A DNA stretch of 64,000 nucleotides from an uncultured candidate division Zixibacteria bacterium (GTDB lineage: Bacteria > Zixibacteria > MSB-5A5 > RBG-16-43-9): the NCBI GenBank assembly GCA_963713865.1, contig OY970208.1, positions 480,001 through 544,000 on the forward strand, written 5' to 3'. The first letter of the stretch is position 1. The number at the start of each line of letters is the position of its first letter. The notes under the pieces were generated by a model. That model saw nothing but the letters and a program-made list of their open reading frames with translations, did no database searches and was not told the origin of the DNA. Below, piece after piece: positions 20,690 to 30,030 of this stretch. The position numbers and the translations under genes were made by a program.

Positions 20690-20918
20690 TTTTTTTCTCC
20701 ATGTATTGCTGGATTAATCTTTTGAATCTGCTCCCGTAGATTAAATCGAATTTCACCATATCATCCGGTATCAGTGATTCTGCTTTTAACCTTACCAGGG
20801 CGGCTTCCTTTTTAGCCTCCCCTAAGGTCAACTCCCCACTTCTGATTTTTTCGCAGGCTTCATCCACAATTTTTTTAAGCTTCTTTATTTTCTCATCAGA
20901 GTTAAGATACTCTTTCAT
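20643..20918 (-). CDS. Small hypothetical helical protein
   Basis: ORF overlapping dprA (ATGA junction) and yigZ; FDLIYGSRFKRLIQQY. Confidence 0.65.
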   Translation of the reverse strand: MKEYLNSDEKIKKLKKIVDEACEKIRSGELTLGEAKKEAALVRLKAESLIPDDMVKFDLIYGSRFKRLIQQYMEKKIEGNKKSDPSDPKSE

Positions 20919-21787
20919 AAATATCTCAAAACTAAATCTATATCCCCAGAGCCTTTGATCGGAATGGCTCCAATTCTAACCAGCTCATCTAAGTTTTTGC
21001 TCTCCTCTCTCATAACCGCAAAAAGGGATTTCCCCTGGTCAATAGCTTTTTTAGCCGCCTCCATTGTCCCCGAGATATTATCTTCAACTTCCACCACGAT
21101 CACGGCTTGAGAAAGACCTACGACTATCCGATTTCTTGCCATAAGCTGGCCTACATTTACCCGTGCATTCAGAGGATATTCAGTTAAAAGCGCACCGTTC
21201 TTGCTGATCTCAACTGATAGGTTAAGATTTTCCTTAGGATAGATATTATTCAAACCAAAACCTAAAACCGCATAGGTTTTTCCTTTTTTAGCGATTGCTC
21301 CCATATGTGCGCCAGTATCAACTCCCCGGGCTAAACCACTTACTACTACACCATTTTTTTCGACCAGCTTTTTACCAATTTCAGTTGCATCCCTTATTCC
21401 TTCATAGCTGGCACGATGAGTGCCTACCACAGCTACAAATAAGCTATTAGCCAAAGGGAATTCTCCTTTAAAATAAAGCAAAGGTGGTGGGTCATCTATC
21501 TCTCTTAAACTTTGAGGGAAATCGTCATCCAAAATGGTTTTTATACCTATCCCCTGTTCTTCCAAAAAAGATATATGCTCCTCGATCTCAACAAATCTTT
21601 CCTGAGATTCAAAGATCTCCTTAGCTTTCTCTGGCTTCATTCTTGGAAGTTTAGTAATCTCTTGTAGGGTGGCTTTGAAGATGTTCTCCGGAGAGCCAAA
21701 AGTTAAAAGTAACTGTTGAAATCCCTTGGGACCAACCTTAGCTACTTCCCTTAATGCTATGATATATTTCCGATAGTCCATTTTCAT
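20915..21787 (-). CDS. dprA: DNA-protecting protein DprA
   Basis: DPPPLLYFKG, AVVGT, VSGLARGVD and ARNRIVVGLS motifs; the ORF extension upstream of 21787 is a REP. Confidence 0.92.
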   Translation of the reverse strand: MKMDYRKYIIALREVAKVGPKGFQQLLLTFGSPENIFKATLQEITKLPRMKPEKAKEIFESQERFVEIEEHISFLEEQGIGIKTILDDDFPQSLREIDDPPPLLYFKGEFPLANSLFVAVVGTHRASYEGIRDATEIGKKLVEKNGVVVSGLARGVDTGAHMGAIAKKGKTYAVLGFGLNNIYPKENLNLSVEISKNGALLTEYPLNARVNVGQLMARNRIVVGLSQAVIVVEVEDNISGTMEAAKKAIDQGKSLFAVMREESKNLDELVRIGAIPIKGSGDIDLVLRYL

Positions 21788-21789
21788 AT

Positions 21790-21864
21790 TGGAGTATAAA
21801 CCTTTAGATTTATCAAGATGTTCTCTTAAATTATTCGAAGGTAAAGCTGAAGCCTTACACTCCA
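21790..21864. repeat. Family A REP doublet
   Basis: TGGAGTATAAACC... / GGTAAAGCTGAAGCCTTACACTCCA. Confidence 0.8.
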
Positions 21865-21962
21865 CTTTATCTAATATAATTAGTTTTGGTTAAAGTCAAA
21901 ACATAAACTTTTAAGAATTAAAAATTAAGTAAGAATCAAATTATTTCCTTGACAGATTTCGC

Positions 21963-22007
21963 TTGACTTCTTTTGGGAAAGTATTATAATTTTTAAAATC
22001 GTGTTAC
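21963..22007 (+). promoter_or_regulatory. sigma70-like promoter with overlapping NikR-type operator
   Basis: TTGACT-N16-TATAAT; pseudo-palindrome GTATTA-N15-TGTTAC (21981-22007) directly upstream of nikR. Confidence 0.65.
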
Positions 22008-22022
22008 TAAAGGAGAAAATTT

Positions 22023-22442
22023 ATGGACCAGACCATAAGATTCGGGATCTCTCTCCCCGAGAGTTTACTTTCCCGCTTTGACCGTTTAATCTCTTTCAGG
22101 GGTTATTCCAATCGCTCCGAGGCCATAAGGGACTTGATAAGAGAATATTTAGTGGAACGTGAATGGGAAATAGGAAAAAAAGAGACCGTGGGCACAGTGA
22201 ACCTGGTCTACGATCATCATAAAAGGGAGATAGATAAGGTCTTAACTAACCTGCAACACCAGCATTGCGATTCTATAGTTTCAGCTATGCATATTCATTT
22301 AGACAGGAATAATTGTCTGGAGGTAGTGGTGGTGAGAGGGAAGTCAACCAGGATAAAAAAGATCGCAGACAAACTAATCAGCACAAAAGGGGTAAAATAT
22401 GGAAAGCTAACTGCTGCAACCATCGGAGAAAATTTAGCTTAA
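22023..22442 (+). CDS. nikR: Nickel-responsive regulator NikR
   Basis: RFGISL RHH strand, [24 protein letters not shown]. Confidence 0.95.
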   Translation: MDQTIRFGISLPESLLSRFDRLISFRGYSNRSEAIRDLIREYLVEREWEIGKKETVGTVNLVYDHHKREIDKVLTNLQHQHCDSIVSAMHIHLDRNNCLEVVVVRGKSTRIKKIADKLISTKGVKYGKLTAATIGENLA

Positions 22443-22456
22443 GTGAGGAGATCGAG

Positions 22457-24265
22457 ATGAGAAAGATAATCGTATTCATTTTGGCGTTTCAGATCGTAGG
22501 TATAAAATATCTTTTAGCTGAGAGCAGATCTGATTCATTAAAGGTCTATTATCTGGAGGATGTGGTAGTCACCGCTAAAAGAACAGAATCGAAACTGAGA
22601 AATTGTTCAGCCAGCATAAGTTTTCTAAACAAGATTGATTTCGAGGGATCAAATTCCAACAATGCCATAGATGTTCTAGATTACCTTCCAGGTGTTTTTA
22701 TTCAAAAGACTGGAGATTTCGGAAGAGCAGATATCAATATCCGAGGAATAGGGAGCCAGGGTAGAAGGGTTGCGGTTTTGATTGATGGCAAGCCAGAGAA
22801 GATGTCGCTTTTTGGATGTGCGGTTACCCATTCCCTGCCCTTGAGCAATGTGGAGAGGGTTGAGCTGGTAAGAGGCCCCTCCTCTGTTCTTTACGGTTCA
22901 GATGCCTTAGGTGGGGTGGTGAATATAATTACCAGAAAAGGAAAAGATGCACAAACAGATTATACTTTTTCCTATGGCTCGTTTGATACCTATGTAAATC
23001 TTCTTAGGGTAGGAGCTAATCTAAAGGATTTTGATTTCTACGCTACGGCGGATAAAAGAAAAAGCAGTGGACATGTTAAGAACTCAGGTTATGAAGGAGA
23101 GGAATATTCGCTAAACATGGGATATCTGTTTTCAGAGAAACTCGATGGAGATTTCAGCGTAAGGTATTTTAAAGGATACAAGGAAGAGCCTCTACCCTCT
23201 GCTCCAGGAACCTGGAACGATTACGAAAGAGCAGGAGCAAACCTTAATCTGGAGAACAAATTTTCACAGGATTGGAAAGGTGAACTCAGCCTCTATTCAA
23301 ATTGGGGAGAGCATATCTTCTCTGATGGCTGGCATTCAAAAGATTTAACTTATGGATTGGATCTTCAGGTAAATGGAGAACCAAGGGGAAATAATAATCT
23401 GATAATCGGCTCTGAGTGGAAGCATCTGAATGGAAAAAGGCTGAGCCAGCCGGAAGGAAAATGGGATAGGGACCAGTTTTCGGTTTTCCTGCAGGATGAG
23501 CAATTGCTTCTACAAAAACTCCTTCTGAGTCTGGGAGAAAGGTATGACCATGACCAGCTCAGCGGGGATGACTTTTCAGCCCATTTAGGAATGGTATTAT
23601 ATTTTCGCAGCAGCACTTTGCTCCGCTTATCAGTAAACAAAGGATTCAGATATCCTCAGATAAATGAGCTCTACCTTTTCCCCTCTTCAAATGAGGAATT
23701 GAAATCGGAGGAAGTTTGGAATTATGAAGCTGGAATAAATCAAAGACTTTTTTCCGGACTGAGCTTAGATTTTACCGGTTTTATAATGAAAGGAGAAAAT
23801 CTGATTGAAGTGGGTGCAAATCCATCACCTCCTCCAATGTATCTTCTTCAGAATATTGGTAAGTTTAATTTCGAAGGTGTAGAATCAGGAGTTCGACTCG
23901 AAGAGGATAAGCTGAATGGCCAGATCTACTATTCACACTTAGACCCAGAAGAGAAAACCCAAGGCAGGCCAGAGGATAAACTGAGTATGAAGATTAGGTT
24001 CTATTCATCTAAAAGCTCCTTATCCTTAGACGGTCAGTATGTCTGGAACTATTATGCCAAGGATCATCATCAGGATAAAATAGATGAGTTTTTTGTATTG
24101 AATTCAAAGGCATCCTATAAAATCTCAGGCTACCTTGAGCTCTTCGCAGGAGTGGAAAATATCTTGGATGAGTCATATCAGGTCTATGTTGACCTTCCAA
24201 GCGGCTCAGGTGTCTATCAAATGCCCCAGAGGAACTTCTCGGTTGGTTTTAAAATAATCCATTAG
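22457..24265 (+). CDS. TonB-dependent receptor, probably for Ni/Co uptake
   Basis: Signal peptide, TonB-box-like DVVVTA, plug motif VERVELVRGPSSVLYGSDALGGVVNIIT, C-terminal NILD...RNFSVGF; follows nikR. Confidence 0.9.
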   Translation: MRKIIVFILAFQIVGIKYLLAESRSDSLKVYYLEDVVVTAKRTESKLRNCSASISFLNKIDFEGSNSNNAIDVLDYLPGVFIQKTGDFGRADINIRGIGSQGRRVAVLIDGKPEKMSLFGCAVTHSLPLSNVERVELVRGPSSVLYGSDALGGVVNIITRKGKDAQTDYTFSYGSFDTYVNLLRVGANLKDFDFYATADKRKSSGHVKNSGYEGEEYSLNMGYLFSEKLDGDFSVRYFKGYKEEPLPSAPGTWNDYERAGANLNLENKFSQDWKGELSLYSNWGEHIFSDGWHSKDLTYGLDLQVNGEPRGNNNLIIGSEWKHLNGKRLSQPEGKWDRDQFSVFLQDEQLLLQKLLLSLGERYDHDQLSGDDFSAHLGMVLYFRSSTLLRLSVNKGFRYPQINELYLFPSSNEELKSEEVWNYEAGINQRLFSGLSLDFTGFIMKGENLIEVGANPSPPPMYLLQNIGKFNFEGVESGVRLEEDKLNGQIYYSHLDPEEKTQGRPEDKLSMKIRFYSSKSSLSLDGQYVWNYYAKDHHQDKIDEFFVLNSKASYKISGYLELFAGVENILDESYQVYVDLPSGSGVYQMPQRNFSVGFKIIH

Positions 24266-25374
24266 AATCCAAGACTCACTAATTGCTTGTAATCTTGAAA
24301 TTCATTTATTTGCAACAAACCTTTTCTATTGCGGTATGTAAACTTCGTCTCAAAGATAGATGAATCTAAAAACAATCTATCCAGTATCTCCTGAGCCATC
24401 TTCCCCTCAGCTATTTTAGGAGAACGGGGAAAGGTTACCAGCTCGATCGGGATTATCTCCGCCCGGATGAGTTTTTTCTCCCTCAGGGTGACTTTCAATA
24501 TTATGCTCTGGTTGTTTTTCAAATCTTTCTGGTCAAATATAAAATTTCCCAGACTATAGGCAATTAGTTTCCCCTTGTATAATTCTATCCCCTGAAAAGT
24601 ATGAGGATGATGACCTACTACTATATCTGCACCGCAGTCGATTACCATATGAGCTAAGCTTTTCTGATATTCTGCCGGAAAATCGTCATACTCGATCCCC
24701 CAGTGAAAAGAGACCACAATTAGATCCGCATTCTTTTTCGCTTTTTCTATATCTTCGATTATCCAGGAGGACTTAATTTTTGCCACACCGGGATTTTTTT
24801 TACCCGCATAGATTGCACCGGGAGACAAATCGTAACCCAGAAAAGCAATTTTCAAATCACCTAAATCAAACACAGCAGGTTCTCTGGCATCTTTGATATT
24901 TTCCCCTGCGCCGATACTCTTAATATTATTCTCTTGTAAAAGTTTGAGTGTCTCCATAAAAGCTTTTACACCATAATCGTAGGAGTGATTATTAGCTAAA
25001 TTTAACACATCAAATCCGGCATAAGTCAGACCTTTTATCGATTCAGGATTTCCCCGGAATGCATAGATCTGGTCTCCTTTCATCCCTCTTTTGGAAAGGG
25101 GAGATTCTAAATTGCCAAAGGCGATCTCAGCCGAATTGATTATTTCAGCGATATTTTTAAAAGGATAAAGGTAACCTCTCTCTTTTATCATCAAATCTAC
25201 ACCCCGGGAGAGCATAATATCCCCAACTAAAATTAAATTATGTTCTCGGGGAAGAAAGATATTTTCCCTGGCAGAGGAAATTTCTATCCGGGGGTTGAAA
25301 GGTGAGAGAAAAAAGAATAAGAGGAAAAACGAGAAGATAAAAAAACATTTAAATCGATGGTCTGAAAAAATCAT
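24262..25374 (-). CDS. CapA/PgsAA-family metallophosphoesterase
   Basis: VGDIML, NLESP, LANNHSYDYG, HWGIEY, GHHPH and YSLGNFIF motifs. Confidence 0.9.
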   Translation of the reverse strand: MIFSDHRFKCFFIFSFFLLFFFLSPFNPRIEISSARENIFLPREHNLILVGDIMLSRGVDLMIKERGYLYPFKNIAEIINSAEIAFGNLESPLSKRGMKGDQIYAFRGNPESIKGLTYAGFDVLNLANNHSYDYGVKAFMETLKLLQENNIKSIGAGENIKDAREPAVFDLGDLKIAFLGYDLSPGAIYAGKKNPGVAKIKSSWIIEDIEKAKKNADLIVVSFHWGIEYDDFPAEYQKSLAHMVIDCGADIVVGHHPHTFQGIELYKGKLIAYSLGNFIFDQKDLKNNQSIILKVTLREKKLIRAEIIPIELVTFPRSPKIAEGKMAQEILDRLFLDSSIFETKFTYRNRKGLLQINEFQDYKQLVSLGF

Positions 25375-25525
25375 TTTAGATTTTTACCCACCTTGAGGGC
25401 GACGTGGGTATACCGATAAGTTAGGGACAGAATCCATCTAAGGTGGATTCTGTCCCAACAAATCTCCTATTTATATCTTTTTGTATCAATATATCTAAGT
25501 AGAGCCTCGGTTGTATCCCAAGATT

Positions 25526-26767
25526 TTATTCTACAGAAGCAAAAAAAGTCTCTCCAGTCAAAAGCTCCAGGGCATACAGAAGATTTTCGCTTTTGGTTTT
25601 GAAATCAGAAAGATAGATTTTTTTTACAGGTTCGGCTGAAGGGAAGTTCATCTTCAAAGGATTCACATACCTCCCACCCATTTTACATCTATAATCTAAA
25701 TGGGGACCTGTTGCCAGACCTGTGGCACCAACCCGACCGATCATCTCTCCCTGTCTGACCCTTTCCCCTTTTCTTACCCTTTCTGCAAAAGCGGAAAGGT
25801 GGCCGTAGGAAGTTATCAGTCCGTTTGAATGTTTTATCTCCACGGTTTTGCCCAGCCCTTTTTTCCAGCCGGCAGAGATTATTACCCCGTCTGCAGATGA
25901 GACCACTGGCGTACCGTAGGGTGCTGCGTAATCTACCCCGTAGTGAGGTCTGTAAGTTTTGAATACCGGATGAAGCCGGGAAAAAGAAAACCTTGAGGAT
26001 ATTCGCCGATAATTCAAGGGGGATTTTAAAAAGGCTTTTCGTAAAGACTTGCCCTTTAAATCATAATAATCTTTGTGTCCCGAACGATCCTGATATAAAA
26101 CAGCATCATATTTCGTTCCCGAAGCTTCGTATTCCGCGGCCAGGATCTCGCCATAACTTACGAACTTCCCCTCCCTCTCGAACATTTCATAAATTAATTT
26201 AAACTTATCCCCTGGCTGGGGCTCGTTCAAGAAGTCTATCTGCCAAGCGAAGATATCGGAGAATTTCATTATCAGTTCCGGGTTTTCCCCCTTTCCTTTT
26301 ATCTCATCCCAGAGGGAACTTTTTATTTCCCCTTCTAAGCCCTTTACGATCCGGGTGAGTTTAACTGGCACAGAATAGGCAACCAGGTCTCCTTCTTTGT
26401 TCACAACCTTATATTTCTCCAGAAACCCCTTCTGATATTCGAAAGAGAGAAGGGAATGGTCAGCAGTAACCAGGAGGGTGAAAAAATCACCGGGCTTACA
26501 TTTTCTTAAATCCAAAACTTTTGAAAGAGATCGAGTCAGATCAGAAATTACTTCTGCGGGAAGCCCTTTCTTAAAAAGGGAAAAGGCTAAAGTTTGATTC
26601 CTCTCGATTGTCCCGGAAGTTATACATCCGAGGGCAAGGTCTGAGGAGAAAACTTTTTTCTCTTCTGCTGTGGGAAGCATACAGGATTTGGTGAAAATTA
26701 GATTGAGAAGATAGAATAGTCCAGCAGAGAAAACCAAGCTTCTTATAATTTTTATGACTTTTTTCAA
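25526..26767 (-). CDS. M23 peptidoglycan DD-endopeptidase (MepM-like)
   Basis: HYGVDYAAPYGTP, YGHLS and GPHLDY motifs; N-terminal anchor. Confidence 0.9.
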   Translation of the reverse strand: MKKVIKIIRSLVFSAGLFYLLNLIFTKSCMLPTAEEKKVFSSDLALGCITSGTIERNQTLAFSLFKKGLPAEVISDLTRSLSKVLDLRKCKPGDFFTLLVTADHSLLSFEYQKGFLEKYKVVNKEGDLVAYSVPVKLTRIVKGLEGEIKSSLWDEIKGKGENPELIMKFSDIFAWQIDFLNEPQPGDKFKLIYEMFEREGKFVSYGEILAAEYEASGTKYDAVLYQDRSGHKDYYDLKGKSLRKAFLKSPLNYRRISSRFSFSRLHPVFKTYRPHYGVDYAAPYGTPVVSSADGVIISAGWKKGLGKTVEIKHSNGLITSYGHLSAFAERVRKGERVRQGEMIGRVGATGLATGPHLDYRCKMGGRYVNPLKMNFPSAEPVKKIYLSDFKTKSENLLYALELLTGETFFASVE

Positions 26768-26803
26768 AACCGCTCCTTTTATCCTACGGATCCGTTCTCG
26801 GAT

Positions 26804-28393
26804 CTAAAAAACCTCTGCTGAGAATATATAGATTTCCGTATCCTTATCCTTCCAGCAGTCTTTATCATAAATACCAGCTTTAAAGCAGGTCTGTTCCAGA
26901 AAAGTTTTCCGGTCCCAGTTATTTTCCGTGGCAACCTGGGGTAAAAGCAGGCCGGAGTTATAACCTTTCCGAATCAGAATCCCGTGTATTCCAACCTGGA
27001 TTTGATTCACATCCGTAATCTTTTTCAAGGGGGTTAAGGCCGAGATCTCTATCTCCAAGTCTTTTAACTCTTCTTTAGTAACAGGAGAAAACCTCGGGTC
27101 GCTCAAAGCAGCGGCTTCTGCCATCTCCTGAACTGTTTGATAAAGCGGTTTAACCGCCTGAATATATCCGATACATCCTCTTAGCATCCCCTGTTTTTTT
27201 ATGGTTACAAAAGCACCGCGATTTTCTTTGAGTATTTGCGAAGTTACATTATATTCAGGGCATTTTATGCCTTTTACCTTGCAATCTATTGTCTCTTTAG
27301 CAATCCTGAGCAATAAAGCCTTATCCTTATTTGAAAGTCCAGATTCTGCTTTATTTTTCTCATCTTCTTTTTCAGACCTGGTCTTTGAAGAATTACCTGG
27401 ATTTTTCTTGGTGTCGACTTTGACCTTGGGGCCATAGAAAACTGCTGACATATATCCTACTACCTGTGATTCATCTCCGGTTACATCTCCAGAATTAGCA
27501 TATTTGACAACTTTTGATTGGTTAGCTCCTAACTCCTGGGCTGCGATCATAGTCGCTATAATAGGACCTCCACCACAGGCTTCACAACGGTCAGAAGAAA
27601 GATCCTCGAATAATGCCTTGGGATTAAAGGAGCTTACATCCTTTATTACCACGCTGTCTAATCTAATCGCTTCCGCATAAGGATGATAATGGGAAAGGTC
27701 TGAACTGGCAACGATCAAGGCATCTTTATCTTTTAGAACTTTCCCTAAAGCTTTGCCTAACGCCTCATAGGTTTCATAGCTATTCTCTGGACCAAGGACT
27801 ATAGGGATAAGATTAAATTTCCCCAGGACTATCTGCAGAAAAGGTAATTGAACCTCTAAGGCATGCTCTGCTCTTGTACCGGAGGAGGTATGCCCTACCT
27901 CTGAGAGATAAATCCTGTTATCCATTTTAGAAAGCTCCAAAGCCAACTCCTTATCCACTGAGATTGTCCCCAGGGGAGTCTGGTAAGCTTTTCCGTTGTA
28001 GATTGAAGCACCTTGAAAATAAGCTGAATGGGAAGGGGAGATGACAACTACTGTCTGGTATTTTAAACCTTCTAACGTTTTATAACCATAGGCTGCTACC
28101 TGCCCGGAATAAAAATAGCCGGCGTGAGGTGAGATCAAGGCAACTATTTTTCCGGGGAACTCTTCTTTTTTTGCCTTATTATAATAATCGGCAATCTCTT
28201 TGGTCAACTTTACGGGGTCCGAAGGATAAAAACCTGTTGGACCGGCCCAGGCTGGTTTCCTTACCTCCTCCGTTTGAACTCCTTCTTTTTTCATAATATT
28301 ACCCTCCGCCTTAAGGTGAGAGAAACCCTTAAAGCAAAACATAAAAATAGATAAAATCACAAAAATCCAAGAGAAATTTTTTAACGTTCTCAT
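26804..28393 (-). CDS. AmmeMemoRadiSam system protein B (Memo) + protein A (AMMECR1) fusion
   Basis: PHAGYFYSG, EHALEVQLPFLQ, SSDLSHY, ACG and SGD..VVGY, then GAFVT, LRGCIG, DPRF, LLPQVA and FSAEVF. Confidence 0.9.
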   Translation of the reverse strand: MRTLKNFSWIFVILSIFMFCFKGFSHLKAEGNIMKKEGVQTEEVRKPAWAGPTGFYPSDPVKLTKEIADYYNKAKKEEFPGKIVALISPHAGYFYSGQVAAYGYKTLEGLKYQTVVVISPSHSAYFQGASIYNGKAYQTPLGTISVDKELALELSKMDNRIYLSEVGHTSSGTRAEHALEVQLPFLQIVLGKFNLIPIVLGPENSYETYEALGKALGKVLKDKDALIVASSDLSHYHPYAEAIRLDSVVIKDVSSFNPKALFEDLSSDRCEACGGGPIIATMIAAQELGANQSKVVKYANSGDVTGDESQVVGYMSAVFYGPKVKVDTKKNPGNSSKTRSEKEDEKNKAESGLSNKDKALLLRIAKETIDCKVKGIKCPEYNVTSQILKENRGAFVTIKKQGMLRGCIGYIQAVKPLYQTVQEMAEAAALSDPRFSPVTKEELKDLEIEISALTPLKKITDVNQIQVGIHGILIRKGYNSGLLLPQVATENNWDRKTFLEQTCFKAGIYDKDCWKDKDTEIYIFSAEVF

Positions 28394-28418
28394 AAATTTA
28401 AAATTTATTTGCAAGCAT

Positions 28419-28481
28419 TGAAGTGTCAACCTTTAGGTTTACTTTTTTTAAGAATTGGTAAAGCTAAAGCTTTACACTCCA
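28419..28481. repeat. Family A REP doublet
   Basis: GTGTCAACCTTTAGGTTTAC / GGTAAAGCTAAAGCTTTACACTCCA. Confidence 0.75.
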
Positions 28482-28510
28482 TTGGCATCCGTATGGATGG
28501 ACTTCAAAGA

Positions 28511-29200
28511 TTACATCAAATTCCTTTCCCTCAAACTCACATAACTTTCATTCCCGATGATTATATGGTCTAAGACATCTATCTCCATAAGTTTCCCGAC
28601 CTCTACTATTCTACGGGTAACTGTCAGGTCATCCTCAGAGGGTTCCGGTTCGCCAGAAGGGTGATTATGCGCTAAAATCAAAGCAGCAGCTCCATATTCG
28701 ATTGCCGGGCGGAAAACTTCTCTGGGTTGAACAATATTAAAAGTCAAACTACCGATGGAGATAACCTCATCGTGGATTAAGCGGTTCCTGATATTTAAGT
28801 ATAATCCCCGGAAGTGCTCCTTCTGCAGTTTTCTCATCTCCTCTAAATATTTATAAACGTCTTCCGGTGTTCTTATAGTAGGAATCCTCCCTTTATCCTC
28901 AAGGAAGAATCTCCTGCCCAGTTCAAAAGTGGCAACAATCTGGCAAGCTTTTACCTGAGGAATCCCTAAGGTATTCATCAACCTGCCTACATCTTTTTCC
29001 TGGGCAATCGCTTTAGAGCCATAGTCTTTGATTATCCTCTCAGATAACTCGATTACATTTAAGCCCTTATATCCGGTGTTCAAAATAATAGATAGAAGCT
29101 CACTATTCCTCAGAATATCCGGACCATATTTTATTAACTTTTCCCTGGGTTTCTGATCCTCGGGTAGCTCTTTTATCCTGATCTGGTAATTATCTTCCAT
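28511..29200 (-). CDS. radC: RadC/UPF0758 JAB-domain protein
   Basis: PREKL, ELLSIIL.TG, HNHPSG..EPS..D and LDHIIIG motifs. Confidence 0.92.
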   Translation of the reverse strand: MEDNYQIRIKELPEDQKPREKLIKYGPDILRNSELLSIILNTGYKGLNVIELSERIIKDYGSKAIAQEKDVGRLMNTLGIPQVKACQIVATFELGRRFFLEDKGRIPTIRTPEDVYKYLEEMRKLQKEHFRGLYLNIRNRLIHDEVISIGSLTFNIVQPREVFRPAIEYGAAALILAHNHPSGEPEPSEDDLTVTRRIVEVGKLMEIDVLDHIIIGNESYVSLRERNLM

Positions 29201-29458
29201 GACTATATCTTTTTGCAAAACTGGACTAATCTAATGAAAGATTTGGTAAAAGGAAAGAAAAAAAATAATAAAATACCTAATGACAAATATCGGATGACGG
29301 ATAAAAAAATAAAGAAAAGACATGAACATGATAAGGTTTTCGTGAGCGTAGAGAAAATGGAGTGCAAGAGCTTGCTCTTGCATTTTTAAAGAGATATTAG
29401 CTTTGATGATATAAAATTGCTTGATGAATCAAGCCCCCTACAAAAAATCCTATCATTT

Positions 29459-29527
29459 TACATCTACAAATCTATTGAATATGTTGCCCGCAAAAAGGGG
29501 AAGATCGATCAGGTGATTAATTATTAG
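29459..29527 (+). repeat. Inverted 69-bp copy of the 3' end of the ABC permease gene (38407-38475)
   Basis: Encodes YIYKSIEYVARKKGKIDQVINY*; 3 mismatches, all synonymous. Confidence 0.95.
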
Positions 29528-29561
29528 TGTAGGGGCGAGGTTTCCTCGCCCTCTTTAAAAG

Positions 29562-29672
29562 TGGAACAGACATCTCTACGAGCCGTAATGCTTTTATCGG
29601 CTTGTTTGTTCCCTAAGATCAGGCCCTAACACGGGTCTGTAGGACAAGATGCCTGACCCACCGTGGAGCGAC
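29562..29672 (+). repeat. 111-bp direct repeat, copy 1
   Basis: Matches 31984-32094 with 5 transition mismatches. Confidence 0.95.
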
Positions 29673-30030
29673 CCTTCAAAGGCTCGCCAAAAATGTAGCG
29701 GAGGTCTTTAGACCTCCATAATAAAATGAAAGTTCGTAGCGTCAGGGTTTATCCCGGACGTTTTTTTGTTTTTCGTATGACACTTCTCTCAATAACAGGA
29801 TAAGCCATATTAATTTTGTACTAAGAAATTTTTTATCCTATAAAAATCCAATTTTTTTCTTGACAATATTAGAAGCAATTTATTATCCTGAGATTAGGAA
29901 TAAGTAAATCTTAGATAAATAGTTAACGGACACACCTCTTTAAATCCCCTAAAGGGATCCGTAGGAGAGGTAAAAGTGTCTAAACCATAAACCTTTTCCG
30001 CCAAAGGCGGGAAAACCACAGGAGGTCAAA

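Larger units (their letters stand above)
29358..29760. repeat. Dense REP hairpin cluster
   Basis: GGAGTGCAAGAGC..GCTCTTGCA, GCTTGATGAATCAAGCCCCCTAC, GTAGGGGCGAGGTTTCCTCGCCC, GTAGCGGAGGTCTTTAGACCTCC, GTAGCGTCAGGGTTTATCCCGGACG. Confidence 0.8.

Noticed and set aside
28511-29200. radC as a marker of an integrative element or prophage
   Set aside because: It is the full-length chromosomal type with an N-terminal domain, and no integrase, conjugation or phage genes are nearby.
29459-29527. Template/variable repeat pair of a diversity-generating retroelement
   Set aside because: The mismatches are T/C synonymous changes in both directions, not template-adenine specific, and no reverse transcriptase lies in the window.
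29928-29980. Riboswitch in the leader of the dockerin gene
   Set aside because: The hairpin matches no aptamer I recognise, and it contains the GGATCCGTAGGA mini-repeat also seen at 26782 and 40163, so it is better explained as repeat DNA.
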